Positions 32,290 to 46,160 of a stretch of 64,000 nt of DNA are shown in pieces; within the stretch, counting starts at the first letter, position 1, and each line of letters starts with the position of its first letter. A model generated the notes under the pieces. The model saw only the letters and a program-made list of their open reading frames with translations. It ran no database searches and was not told the origin of the DNA. Origin of the DNA: Macrostomum lignano (taxonomy: Eukaryota); NCBI GenBank assembly GCA_002269645.1, contig NIVC01002869.1, positions 62,001 through 126,000 of the forward strand, given 5' to 3'. The translations under genes and the position numbers were made by a program.

Positions 32290-34238
32290 CGCCTTTCAAA
32301 GCTAGCTGGCTGGCTGCAATTAGATAATTATAAGCTGCTGTGCTAAGTCCTCGCTTTTGCTCTCTTTCTTTTGCCTTCTCCTCTCCTGCTTTGCCAATAT
32401 ATTCAGTGTAGCTTTAAGGTCAATCCTTCAGCTATCGCTAGTCGCAGGGCAGAACAGTAGCCGCTGATAATAGGGCAAGTGTTGACTAGGCGGACTTACG
32501 CACTTGGCTTTAGGAAATTCCTCACTGAATAACAAATGTCTATCCTATATACAGAAGCAAACTTGGCATTGGCGCGCACAGTTGCAGGCAATATTTTTTT
32601 ACTTCAAAACAAAACACTCATTGTTCAATAAACTTTTCCTATACAATAACCACTTCAGCTGAAACAGTTGGCGCTTTGCTAGCACGCACAGGGTTCATTG
32701 CGTAGAAAGACTATTCTCATAAAAATATTTGCGCGCGAGCAAACATAGATAAGGCTTGATTTAATAAGATTTCTCTGAACCAGGGCGGACTGTAGAAGAG
32801 TGCAGCAGAAAGAAATGGACATAACCCAAGGCCGGCTCAGGGTGAGAAGTTAACTGCTGCGACAACACTCTGGCTGACGCCAATATGTCAGGGGAAGGGG
32901 ATCAAGAAGGGTCGACCCGTATATAGTACAATAAAGCAGTAAAATATCCTGTATTTTACGAAACTGTCTACTCACAAAACACAAGTAGCAGGAAGTGAGT
33001 GTGGAGAGAATATTGCTAGATCTATTCAATAGTTTTATAAAAGTTAAATAAATCACATTTATCACATCTATTCAACTGCTGTGGTGATGACTGACTGACT
33101 AACTCACTGATATCATTATGTATCACACTCTCCTTTCTCTCCCTTCCTATATGTTGTAGCCTAACTGTTCCCTTCAAACCTGTATGCATATTCGTCATCA
33201 CGTGACCCTGACTGTGGCGTTTTTAAGCATCAAAACTGTAGTGCCATTTGACATCCTAGGTCTAAACTTGAATTACCAAAATGAAAGCCAGGATACTAGC
33301 TAGAATTAGCTGAAAAATTCAAAATTGAACCAAAATATCTGCCCTTTACACTATGAGGCCTCTCTGACCCACAGAAGTTGCAGAAATTTATAGACTCTGT
33401 GTTTACAGATTATTCAAATTTTGAAAATTGATAGACATCTAAGATCTTGGAATCTTAGGAATCTATATTTTAAAAAATTATACTTCAAATGAAATATGAA
33501 TTATAGAAAATATGAAATATAAATATTGCATCACCTTTGAAAAAAGGTAGGTGCCAATTTGTTATTTGGAGTCCAAATTAAATTTAGACATCAAAATTAA
33601 ATTTGATATCTAAACTTTTGTATACCTTGTATTTGCTTATATTACTACTTGTCGAATAGACAATTAACTAATAAATGATTAGCAGGTTAGAAAAGCAGGA
33701 GGAGCAGAGGACGAGAACACCGGCCGTAGCCGCAAGTTGAACTTCTATTTATACTAACAACAATGAATAGGTTGGCTGAATAATTATCTATGGTGAATTA
33801 ACGGTTGATATTGTCTGTGGGGAAGAGCATGGTAGATGAAGGGAGACGGCTAACTGAAAAGTACGAGTCTGAATTGCAAAATAGAAAATACAAATATTTG
33901 GAGGATGGAAATCCGACACTACTAAATAGGCTATTTATACTTCCACTTTGTACTTTAAATTGAAGTATCTAGTTAGGAAATAAAAACTTGTAAAATCTAC
34001 TTCTAAATGGTACAAGTATATAAATGAAAACTCTAATATATCTCTAAAAAATCAGTAGAATGATACTTTAGGGATATTAAAAAGACCTTGACGTATAATT
34101 ATTAATGTCATTTAATATTACCCACAAATAGTGATCAACTTACTAAAATAAAAGCTTAGTAAGATAAATATTATAAAGAATTGTCTATTGTAGAAAAAGC
34201 TTGAGTAGATTTGTTTGAATTTTGACTTTACTTTTGAT

Positions 34239-35065
34239 CAGTGTTGGGCCCCATTAATGAAAATCTTAACTTCCAATAATGGCAAAAGCATTAGCATTAA
34301 AAGCAAAAAATCTTAACTTATTAACTCTTAATTTCTTTGTTAAGTTAACTAAAAGTTAACTGATAATCATTAATAAGTGTTAATCTGTTAAAGTTAACAC
34401 AGAAAATACAGAAATCTTGCACTTTTTTTTGAAAACAGACATTCATAATGCACTGTCTTTGCTTTTCTACCTTTTTAGCAAAACATGGAGATCATCTAAG
34501 GGATTTACAAGCTAAAAAATAATTATTATTTAAAAAACTTGTATGTACAATACTACTAAAAGTAAGCATACAGGAAAAGAAGTACCTTGTTTATTTGAAA
34601 CTTGAAAGCAAATTAGTTAATAATAATATACAAATAGGAAGGCCATTTCAATAGCATTAGCAGGTGCAGCAAAAAGTTACAAAAGATTGGGAAAGAAGGA
34701 ATCAAAGTGATCCATGCTCACGCACAAGCAATAAAGTTCACAATTTGAATTTGTTATTAAAGTTCATTAGTAAGACTTGTTGCATTTGCATGATCATTGT
34801 GATAAATAAAGAGATTAATTAAGCATTTAGGTATATTCAAATACATTTGCATTGTTGTAACTTCTTGTCAGACATATTTTGTTCTTTCTTTGCATCTTTG
34901 AACGATGAATTTGTCATTAACTCACAAAATTATTAATGCAAATTTGTTAATCCATTAGTGCAAAAAAATCTTAACGACAGTCCATTAATGTTAATGAAAA
35001 TTCTTAATGCTTATTAATGCTTATTAACGGATTAATGTCTATTAATGGACTGGTGCCCAACACTG
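34239..35065. mobile_element. hAT-type MITE
   Basis: TIRs CAGTGTTGGGC / GCCCAACACTG; 8-bp TSD CTTTTGAT / CTTTTTAT (1 mismatch); TTAA(C/T)-rich subterminal regions. Confidence 0.8.
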
Positions 35066-37006
35066 CTTTTTATGTTAATTCATAAATATAAATACTAGAA
35101 TACATTTGCTCCATTATAAATTGTACATTGTGAAGATAAAGGATTAATAGACTTCAATTTGGCAGTGCAATCCACTGCAAATAAATTCATGCAGTTTGGT
35201 CAACTTTGGTACCTGGCTAATCAGGAATAGCCAACAAAACTGCCATTTGAGTTGGCTGACATGCTTAAGGCATTGAACATTTCTGACTAATGCTTGGGCA
35301 GACTATTCAATTCAAAAGCATGGTGGCAATGTTTAGCAAAATGGGTGTTTTCACCTTCCCACTGTGTCCCCTCTAGGACAGCCCTACAGCTAAGTCAAGT
35401 AAGTCAATTCATGGTGGCAGCCTCCGCAACTGCATATCTAGCATCATTGATACTAGTTATCACAAAGGTATTTTGAGCAGTCACATTGTGCTAGCAGTGT
35501 TAGCCATTAAGATGACATACTACACCCCAATATAGACTATTTAAACTCCTATGCTAAGAAAATTCATTTATTAGGCTCTTTATCAGTGTTGGGAAAGTGG
35601 TCATCTATTAATTAATACTGAAATATTTTAATGGTCCTGAAAATGAGGCTTATACATTAATGATGCCAGCTTTTTCTTGTAGTTTTAACCCAAAAAAAAA
35701 AGATTCTGTGGGCTTCCCAAACACCCATACTCTATAATGACAGTATTGGTTATTGAATGTCTATGGCATAAAGTAGGGATTCTTAGTGCTCAGACCAGGG
35801 TCACTGCCCAAATAAAGATGTACAAAGATGCAATGACTCTAGCCAACTTCAGTGCACTTCTTCACAAGATAGTGCAAGGTTGTTTCAGTGACAACAAGCT
35901 CTTGGTAACATTGTTGCGCAGCTGCACTAGCATTTATAGGCCATTGTCAACTACCTGGCTAGAATTGACATTGCCACTAATATGAAAATGGTTGAAAAGG
36001 CTTATATCCAGTGTTCTATCACTGTCAGTTGACATGAAAAAGAAGTGTTTGCTTATAAAGAAATGTTGTCAAAGTGTGACTGCCAATGTCTGATGCACCT
36101 TGTTAGGACTAAGTAATATCTACAGTTGCTTCTAGCATAACAAAATTTGTTTGACCTATATGGGACAATATGGCTTAGCCTATTTCCCCATGTTTCTAGA
36201 TTAGTTTTCCCTTGGAAATATGTTCCTTCCCACGTAAAGCAACCAACTACATTATTATACTTAGTTCTAGGCTTATAAACTTAAATAGCACCAGGAATAT
36301 AGCTTGGTGTCTGACTATATTCCACAGCCTTACCCTTTTCCTGTTTTTAAATTATTTTTATCTTATTTGTTATTTATGTTTATGCAGCACCAGTTTTTTC
36401 AAACTATTTAAATCTGTTCATGTTTATGCTTGACATTATTTAAAAGTTAAATTTACATTAGCAACTCTATATTTTATCCAAATCTACTTTTTACAAAGTA
36501 AATCTACTCCAAATGGCATATTTATGCGCCTAGTGTTTATCTGATTCAAAAATCACATTTATTTGTCAGGTGCATCTATGCTAGATAGAACATTTATATA
36601 CATAGTTTAATTGCTTCAAACTGCACATTTATTTATCAATTGCATCTGTACCAAATGGCACATTTATGCAATTACTATAACTGCTTCAAACTGCATATTT
36701 ATTTGTCAAGGGCCAAATGGTACATTTATGGCATAGTTGTATACCAGTGTTGCCACTACAGCAACCAAAGAACTTATTGCAGGATAAAAAAATTGCAGGA
36801 ACAAATTTCTTATTTGTCATAGAGAAAAAGGCACCAGTATGCAAAAACAACTTTCTTTTTTAGCTTTCCATTTCTAATTCCATCTTCTATTTGACTAAAA
36901 AAACTACTACAATTTTGCAATAACTGCATGCAACTCTCATTTACACCGAATCAGTGAAGTAGTCATACAACACAAGCATTTTCTTAAGGGAAGACAGGCA
37001 TACATA

Positions 37007-37623
37007 CATTCAGTAACAGTCGAAACTGCACCCTACGGAGAGAGGCGACTTCTCTCTCACCTCAACTGCAAGTGACATAACTTGCACCACGGTGTGGCTA
37101 AAGCTGGGTATGAGTGAATTCCAGGGTGAGAGTACAAAAGGGACTGGGGTTGGGGTTGGGATGCAACAGTACATGTGACAATGGTCAGGCATATGACAGA
37201 CGCTAAATGATGGCGCGCTGTTGGCATGCTAGAAGCTGGTGCATCCATCAGCGCAGTTGCTCGCCAATTTGGCCAATCACGTTCAACAATTCAAGCGCTG
37301 TTAACGAAGTCCCAAGATACTGGTAGTGTTCAGCACGCAGCCATAGGCAGCCAGCGCCATGATCTCCGCGGCTCAATAGCCAGGGCAAATCAACGTCTGC
37401 TGCAGATTGTCAGGTGAACTCCGACCACACCAGCCACCCTGCTCCATCTAATGTGGGGTGAAAGAAGCAGATGGGGCATCCCCTGCATCCCCTGATTGCC
37501 CTCTCTTGCATTCACTCACACCCAGCTTTAGCCACGCCATGGCGCAAGTTACATCACTTGCAGTTGAGGTGAGAGAGAAGTTGCCTCTCTCGGTAAGGTG
37601 GCGGTTTTGACTGTTGCTGAGTG
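37007..37623 (+). mobile_element. Internally deleted Tc1/mariner element
   Basis: About 120-bp imperfect TIRs, TA on both flanks; transposase HTH remnant MVRHMTDAK*WRAVGMLEAGASISAVARQFGQSRSTIQALL. Confidence 0.88.
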
Positions 37624-39547
37624 TATAATATAGATTACTGATGTTCATTATGGAACCGACCCGAGCAACCAACTAAAACACAAGACGCTACCTACGACCA
37701 CTGATGAGTAATGACAATTTTACAACTAAATTTTGTGCTATATTCTAGTTGTCTGAATCTGTTCTCAATTCTATACAGCTAAAATTAATTCTTTTAATAT
37801 TTTAATTGTTGATCAATGTTGGTTAATATAGGGGAAGAAATACTTTTATGTGAATCTTTGTTTGGCTAATCAAATGTTAGTCAGGCAAAACTGCAGGCTC
37901 TTCAGTGGATGTTCATTTTTTCTTTGGAACCTTTGGCAAGACAGATCGAGCACCAAACTCTGGCTGTCACTTTTGCCAAGCCATTTTGTCAGCTTTCTTC
38001 AGTGCTCGCTCGACCGCAGCATGCTCAATCTCCTTTTGCCAAGCTTCAAAACTGGAGGCTTGCATAGCCTCACGCTATATTGATGACATTCATGACACTT
38101 TAATTGAGCACAAAATGAAACACAGTACTTGAAAAAAAGTTGAAAGGACTGGTGTCCACGAAAAATTGCAGAAAATGAGCAAAATAGACAAAATTATTGC
38201 TGAGCAATAAAAAATTGCAGTGGTGGCAACACTGTTGTATACAATTATAAGCACTGACACAATTGGTGCATAGTTATAACACAATAATGCACAATTAAAA
38301 ATAATTAATTATGTCATTTAAGCCAAGTAGCACAGCATGGCTTAGTTATATTTGTGCCAAGCTATGCTATGAAACTTATAAGAATCAATAAAAAAGATTA
38401 AAGAAGCAATTTACTCTAAGCATACATGTGCAACCTTGAAAATTTAGTTGGCCATGCGACTTAGTTTTAACAAAAATGCAACGTAGTTTTTGGCCAAAAA
38501 TGCGACTTACATATAAAAAACCCTAAAGCAAAATTAAGGCAACTTTGGGTAAACAGCAGGAGTAACTAAGGCTGTCTTACTAAGCCAAAATGCCTCATCA
38601 GCTCTTAGTACTACTACTTTAGTATTTTTTTGGTGGGCATTTTTGCTAATTCCTTGGTTGGTCACCAAATCAGTCAGCCGGATTGGCTGACTTGGCCGAC
38701 TGTTGCGCATGTATGACTATAAGCCTATAAAGAAATAAGAATTATATATTCAATAAAACAAATAATTGGTTTGATTCATTAATTGCAAAAATGACCTAAC
38801 TAAAACAATATATTTTATGGATATTGATTATTATTATAAGCATTACTTAAAGTTAAAGGAAAGCTTTTAATGATCAAGTATGAAGGCTGAAGCATTTAGC
38901 CAAGAAAATATCTTAAAGCCAAATGAATGGCTTTAAATTTGAATTATAAAGGCTTATTTAATATATAAGGCAATAATATGGTCAGGATTTTGTCTTGACA
39001 ATGACATTATGACAATGATAACATTTTACATTATAATTTAATTGCTATTAGGCCTAGTCCTAACCTAAGCTTTCAATTAACATATCCTACAGATATGACC
39101 TAAGGATTTTTATACAGAATAATCTAAACAAAAATGTACTATGTTATGCTTCAACCCTTAAGACACCTGTACTGTATGCATATGCACAGTAAGTCTTAAA
39201 TAAGTCCAGCAAACTATTTTGTCATTAATTGCATAATAGGGCCTATGAAGTTGAAGTCCTATGCCAATGGCAATACATAAATTTTACAAAATGTTTCCAT
39301 TGCGGGGCATTGGGCAGAGCCTGTAAATTCCAGACACAACTTCAGAAGCATTTACAAAACAATTTATTTTATTAATTCTTGCCGTATCCATGCGTCTATC
39401 ACTTCAGAAATTACATTTATTGGTGGCTGTTTTGCTTCGACAAGATAAGAGGCACGTAATAAAGAATTCATTTCGCTTTTTAAAAAGCCGAACAATTTCT
39501 TAGAAATTAACAGTAACCAAATTCGTCCGTGATATCGGAAATCTCCT

Positions 39548-40300
39548 TCTACATATAAAAATCAAAACTCTGTCTGTCTGTCTGTGTGTGGACAATTTTG
39601 ATCGCTATGGACTCCCAAACCGCTCAACCAAATGACACCAAACTTTACACCCACCCTAAACTCACTACGGAGAATGTCTTAGGCTACCTTTAAATTTCCT
39701 AAATTTGAGTCTTCCTACCTAAAAGTGCAAAAAACTGCTCAAAATCTCTACATATAAAAATCAAAACTCTGTCTGTCTGTCTGTGTGTGGACAATTTTGA
39801 TCGCTATGGACTCCCAAACCGCTCAACCAAATGACACCAAACTTTACACCCACCCTAAACTCACTACGGAGAATGTCTTAGGCTACCTTTAAATTTCCTA
39901 AATTTGAGTCTTCCTACCTAAAAGTGCAAAAAACTGCTCAAAATGCGCGATTTTTTCACTAAATCCTCCATAGCGCCGCTCCACTTCTACCGATTCTCTT
40001 CAAATTTGACACAGATAATCTTAAACTATTTTGGCACAATCGTGTAAAATTTCAAGTCTCAAAATGAATCCTGAACGGCGCTGTGCACTTTTAAAGTTAG
40101 GCTGTTTTTTTCAGCGAGGCAGCCACCCCAACCTCCGCCCGCCTGCCTCTCTTTCCCGATCTGGGCCCAGATGTGTAAAAGGGTTTCAAAATTGACTAAC
40201 TTTCAGCTGCCATAAGTTTGCTCCACGTAAAGCGATTGACTTCAAACTTGACACAATTCTTCACTGACCAATTCTCTATCTAAATGTAAAGTTTCAACTC
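39548..40300 (+). mobile_element. Helitron/Helentron-associated (HINE/DINE-like) element with a tandemly duplicated 199-bp 5' end
   Basis: TCTACATATAAAAATC...(TCTG)n head at 39548 and again at 39747; internal CCGATT...CAAA(C/T)TTGACACA motifs. 3' end not defined. Confidence 0.6.
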
Positions 40301-40959
40301 TGTAACTCAACCGAAAAAGAAACTGTAAGCATGTGAAGTTTGTCTGCTTTTTCTGTTGTTTGTGCCACTCACTCACTCCACTCATTCCCCCAGAGCCAGA
40401 CGAAGGGTCAGGCGATAGGACTGAATGTACATAGCAAATGTACAGTGTTTTGGAATAACTTTATTTATAGCCTTCTCTGCACCCCGAGAGTGGGGAGGCT
40501 ACGTTTAGCCATAACAGTTTAGTGAGAAATTCTAACCACTGCCCTCCCCTCTGTATTGGCAAACTCTGCAGCAGTTTAACAGTGGATGGCAATTGACAAT
40601 TGGCAAATCGAGGGAATCCACTATCCAGCAGGGTTTGTAAAAGCGAAAGATTTATGAAAAGGCGATGCGATGCAATGCAATACAACCCTACTAAATTAGG
40701 CACACCATGGAAATTTTAGGTTTCTTTTAAAGGTACTGTGTAAATATTAAATGGCCTCCTAAGAAATGCATATTTCCTTGGTTGTTAGACTGATGCAGAC
40801 TGCAGTGGAGCTGAAGATACACAAATTCCTTTCAGGGCTGCAAATTGGCAAGAATGATGACGTGATCAAAGCATGAGAACAACAATGAGAGTACTACGTC
40901 CCACAAACTGGCTTTCCAAGCAGGGATGGGCAGACTTTTATCTCAAAGGCCAGATAAAG

Positions 40960-41673
40960 AATCCAGCTCATAGCTGAGGGGCAGATGAAAGTGGAAAGAA
41001 GAAGGAATAGACGATTCGAAGAGAGGAGAGGCGACAGAGGGGATAAAAGAAAAGATAAAAGATAATAGGAGAGATGAGGGGGTGAGGACGATGAGAGAGA
41101 GGGGGAAGAGGGGAGAGAGGAAAAGCGAGAGGAGAGAGTAGAGATGAGAGAGCAGAGAGCTGCAGATGAGAGGAGAGAGGAGACAGCAGAGAGGAAACAG
41201 GTGAAACAAGAGATGAGAGAGTAAAGGGAAGAGAGAAGAGATAAAGATACATCTCTACATCTCTAAGGTTGTAGAGATGAGAGAGGTGGAAGGAGAGATG
41301 AGAAATGAGAGATGAGAGATAACGGAGAGAGGAGAGTGGAGTGAGAGAAGAGAGGGAGACAGAGTATAGAAAAGGGAAGAGAAGAGAAAAGAAGAAAGGA
41401 GAAAGGAAAGTGAGGAGTCAAAAGAGGGGAAAGAAAAGAGTACAGAGGAGAGAGGTGAGAGAACATATAAGACAGAGATGCCAGATTAAAGAGGGGGATG
41501 AGATAGCAGAGACGAGAGTGAACAGATAAAAGATGGGAGAGTAGAGAGAACAGAGGAGAGGTTACAGAGACGAGAGGAGAGAGGAGAGACAAAGGTAGAG
41601 AAGTGAGTGAGGAGAGAGGAGAGGAAAGAGGAGAATGGAGAGGGGAGAGAGTAGAGAGAGGAGGAGAGATAAC

Positions 41674-41739
<66 letters not shown>

Positions 41740-42205
41740 GAGAGAGAGGGGGAGCAGAGAGAAATGAGAAGAGATAAGAGAGAAAAGATAAAAGAAGAGA
41801 AAGGAAAGATGAGAGAGCAAAGACGAGAGAATAGAGGTGAGGGAAGAGACGAGAGAAGAGGGGAGAGATGAGAGAGTAGAGGAGAGAGTTACGAGAAGAG
41901 AGAAAAGAATAGAAAGGAGAAGGAAGATAAGAGAGAAGAGGGGGTGAGAGGAGAGAGGAGAGGGAGAGAGAGGAGAGAGGAGAGGAGAGAGAAAACGAAA
42001 AAGTAGAGAGGAGAGAGGAGAGGAGAGAGAAAAGAGACAAGAGATGAGATAAGAGAGATGAAAGAGAAGAGAGATGAGGGAAGATACGAGAGAAGAGGGG
42101 AGAGAGGAGAGAGGAGAGACGAGGGACGAGAGAGATGAGAGGAAACAAAGAGACGATAGAAATTTTAAAGGATCCAAGGGACGTAGGGAGAGTCAGGGAG
42201 AGACC
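40960..42205. repeat. GA-rich low-complexity tract
   Basis: Almost purely purine on the + strand, including (GA)n at about 41682-41750; preceded by a hAT-like terminus CAGGGATGGGCAGAC at 40921. Confidence 0.88.
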
Positions 42206-42479
42206 AGAGTTTAGCAATATATGTCGTATGTTTTAGAGTCAGACAGACATTGCCTGACATTCTGCGCAGTACCCCACCCAACAATGTCTCAAACCCTAAT
42301 TTTACACGAATGTGCTCCATCCTACTAACTATTAACAAGTTTTTGTTTGTGTATGGCCTTAGACTTCAGAATACATGCAAAAGTAGTTCTGGGTATTGGA
42401 ATTCCCCGGGTTCAAAATCCGCGGGTTTCAACAGCTTGTGGAATTATAATATTACGAGCTCGTCGGTTTTTATTTTTAA

Positions 42480-43013
42480 ATTCTGAATAAATCTTTCGAG
42501 GTCCAGCTTAAAAATTAAATGTCAAAATTTTCACGATATCCTGCGACACGGACGCTTCTGTTATTTAGAAATTAATTCTCCATATTTTTTGCAAAAATCA
42601 CACAGAAGTAAAGATATCAAGAGAATTTTATCTATTACACTTTGAATTTTTCATCCGCTCACTTTTTGGTGAGATCTGCCACCGAGTGCATGTATGTTTT
42701 AAACTGTACATGAAGTGATTCATTAAGATGGCAGATCTCACCAGATTGAGAAAGAATTAAATCAATACTCCGGGTAGGGAAAGTCTGTCGACATCCAGAT
42801 TTTTTTCTGTTGAAACCCCGGGTGCTCTCTCTCAGCTGGCGCCGATATGTACGGCCACCAAGCCTCGCTCCCTAGGAAATTCACCTAAGTTGGTGCTTTG
42901 ACGGAGTGGCCTTCAAGTTTTCATATTCCTGTTTAAAAGTATACTGATCCAATTTTTCTTTAATCAATCGCATACCCATATACATACAGACAACTCATTT
43001 TTAGTATATTGGA
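42480..43013 (-). mobile_element. Possible second Helitron-like element (5' end at 43013)
   Basis: Minus strand begins TCCAATATACTAAAAATGAGTTGTCTGTATGTAT, the same head architecture as 39548; extent uncertain. Confidence 0.4.
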
Positions 43014-44175
43014 CCTAGGGTATACGTGTTTGAAGGCTACACGCCAAAGGCACAGCCAACCCCTGCAGTTACTTGCGCAAAAGTACCACCCAGACAAAAA
43101 CCTACAAATGAGATAGGAATCCTAGCCTGGCTTTAAGGGCACTTCTAGTCTGGCTATGGCCGGTCTCTATAATTGGGACACTATGCGATCGAGTAACAAA
43201 ATTAAAATATATTAATGAGATATAAAAAGAAAAACCGGCAACTTAGAAATTATGACAATTAAAAGTGCGCTTGGACTCGAAAATGAGCAAAAACTTGAGT
43301 AAAACACCCAAAAGGTAATATAACAGCGAAATACTTTTATTTTGCATGGTAGACAGGTACGTGGGTCACTGTGCTAGCTGGGCGCTGTCACAGGCTTCGA
43401 TGATGCTGCTGACGTTTTATTAATTGTGATCGTGCTAGGCTTCAATTTCTTTGTTTGGGGTTTGATATTCGGGGGATTTCTCAGTGAAATCGGATGGGAG
43501 AGGGATTATCAGATTCTCTAGAGGGTGATCACGGTGATATTTTGTCCAAAACAGTGAATAGGAGACATCACAAATCCTAATAGGGGTGGAGAGACATCGG
43601 TTATATGGTTCTGGCAGGGAAGGTCGAAGCGAGCGCCAACCCTGCCTGTTTATATAGAACCCGAATCACGAATTGCGCGCGTGAATATAAGGCCTTAAAT
43701 TGACCTTGACCTGTGTCGCTTAGCTGTGCTGTGATTGGTTAGTAAAATTGGATGGGTGTGCGCAGCTTTGGAGGATCAAATGGAGATTACCATGTGATCG
43801 GGAGAAAAAGACTTTACAGAAGTGGGGCTTTACTGGGTGCGTTTTTCTTGAGGTGATTCAAACCATAGCCTGGATGTTGGGGTGGGTTGGCAAGGGAATG
43901 GGGTGGGCATAGGGAATGAGTCAAGCGATGGGTCATTGTCTTGTTGAGTGTTTATGAAAAAGTTGCTTGCTTTTATTTATAGCGACAAACCACACAACTA
44001 GCATATAATCGATAAATTTAAGCTAGAACTTAATCAATGTCTATGGGGTTCAACATTTTATTGCTACAATACCTACCCTGAGTTCAAGGACATTTAAGAA
44101 TTGCTCAATAGTCACGCCGCAGTTGTTTTGGTTTTCTAAAATTTAGCATCAAGCAGGAGCTTCAACCGATCGATA

Positions 44176-45881
44176 ATGCCGAGAAACTCGTCGCCGCAGA
44201 ATTCATCGGACGAATCGCCGTCGTGCAAGCACGGCTACCAGCGCGAGCTGCTCCTGCTGTACCCGAGCCTGTCCATCTACGGCCCCATACCCGGCAACAT
44301 TACTCAAATCCAACGGCTAGACAATCGGCGCGCCGTGTCCGTCAAATTTACTTGCGAACCGAAGATCAGCGAGTTCCTCAAGAGTGTGGCCAAGATGCAG
44401 GTGAAACTATTTTTCGATTGGTTTGTTCGCAATTATTACATAATTCAGCTCCTTCCAATTGAGCTTTAAGGCTTAGTGCGCCTAGTCTTCTCACATTCTT
44501 CGCCTTTAGAGCTAATTAGCTACTCTTGAATTTTCTATGCTGTAGCAGGTGGCCGTTCTGCTTAATAGCTTCAATGGGACTTCCACCACTTTACACTTCT
44601 TCGACGTGCATGACAAAAACAATTACAAGAGGGTTTTGGGCACCCTGACGCAACGCCTTCAGCTACGTCGTCCCACAACCAGTGCTGACAGCAATTCTGC
44701 TCATTCCGCTAACTTTCTGAGCACTTACACGTATAGTACATGCGCGCAGACTCAGTACGCAGGCACAGCATTCATACACACGCTCACACAGGGTGTACAG
44801 CAGCCCTGACTTTCTAATCGTCAGGCACGTACACTCATGAGTCTAGCTCGTAGCTCGCACGATAAGCCATGGCCGATTTTCGCGCACTGGATCCACAGCT
44901 TACTTAAATCATACTTAATCGTAGTTTAAAATGTTATAATAGTAAAAGACCCCGATAGAGCCAGCCTTGGCCAGACGATCGGCTAACTCAGTGCCTGAAG
45001 CGCAGGCTCGTATCACAGAGCCTGCGCAAACTGAACATTCAATTCAATGTCAAAATAAATTCTTCCGCTATAGCTATAAATCACGTTCTAAATGGTCCTT
45101 CTCTAGCCGTAGCCGTAACTCTTCGCTTTCTCCTCATCAGTCTAAGCTGTGGCCTTATATCGCAAATTGCATCACCCACGAGAGACAGGACGAGAACCGT
45201 GGGCATGGAGAGTGAATTGCGTCACTTGGGGCTGAGCTCTGAGAAAAATTGGCTACTTGTTTCAAGGCGCAAACTATAAAATGTTGCCGAGTGCATTTAA
45301 CAGAGTAGCTAATCCCTCGCAAAAAATTCTCAATAGCTAAAAGTTATAAACTTGGAGACCGTGGACACTGACAGACTTACCCGAGTAACATTTTGGCGTA
45401 AGATCGGCGACGGGATAACCAACGAGACACTGTAGCGCCGCGACGGCCTGACCCTTCCAAGCCAACTCTGTTGCTTCGTTATTGACTCCAGCTTGGTTCC
45501 ATCTCTCTATTTTGGTCTATTCAAAAAGTGTCTTTTGTTTAACAATCAAGTGACTGATTTGTATACAGACCGGTACTTTCGGTCATTGAACAATCGCGCA
45601 ATCACCGCCCAATGCAGGCCCAGTTCAACGATACGGTGTTCTTCGAGTTGAAGATTCTCCGTCGGATGTCGCAGCCCGGCCAGCCGGCCAAGCTGAACAT
45701 CTACACCGGCCGGGCCAACCTGGCCAGCCAGATCGACTCCGAGCGGGACAATTTCGGCCGCGAGGTGCACATCAGCATGGATTTGGACGAGCGCCTGTCG
45801 TCCACGTGCGACTTTGAGTTCGCTGGGCAGCAATTCTTCAGCCTGACGGCCAGGAAGATCGAGGCTTACTACTCCACCTGA
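44176..45881 (+). CDS. Two-exon gene for an unrecognised 162-aa protein; exons 44176-44400 and 45618-45881
   Basis: ATG...CAG|GTGAAA phase-0 donor and AATGCAG|GCC acceptor keep the frame; codon usage is GC3-rich like the recognised host genes. Confidence 0.72.
44730..44850 (-). mobile_element. SINE core fragment (same family as 12166)
   Basis: Minus strand AGTGTACGTGCCTGACGATTAGAAAGTCAGGGCTGCTGTACACCCTGTGTGAG...GTGCCTGCGTAC. Confidence 0.75.
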
Positions 45882-46160
45882 CCCGACTAAATTGATTTCT
45901 TTGATTCTCATTTAATAAAATTATCGAAAAAAAGTTTGACCGCGGTTGAAAATGTGTGTTGGAGCAAAAACACTTGTCTACTCCCAACCAAAGTGAGAAA
46001 AAAGCCGACATGTCATAAGCTTCAAACCTATTCGATTTTAAAAGGATTTCAGAGAGAACAAATATTTTTATGGAGTGGCTGCTGTAATAATAACTCCACA
46101 AGGAAGGAGATCAATGGATACTTGTTAAATATTGTCCGTTGGCAATCAAGGACGTCCTTA

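Noticed and set aside
40943-42217. Leu/Ser-rich ORFs as membrane proteins
   Set aside because: Translations of a CT/GA low-complexity tract.
44800-44835. CTGACGA...GAAA in the SINE core as a minimal hammerhead ribozyme
   Set aside because: CTGAC is base-paired with GTCAG in the conserved stem, no helix III/NUH cleavage site can be formed, and another copy has CTAAC.
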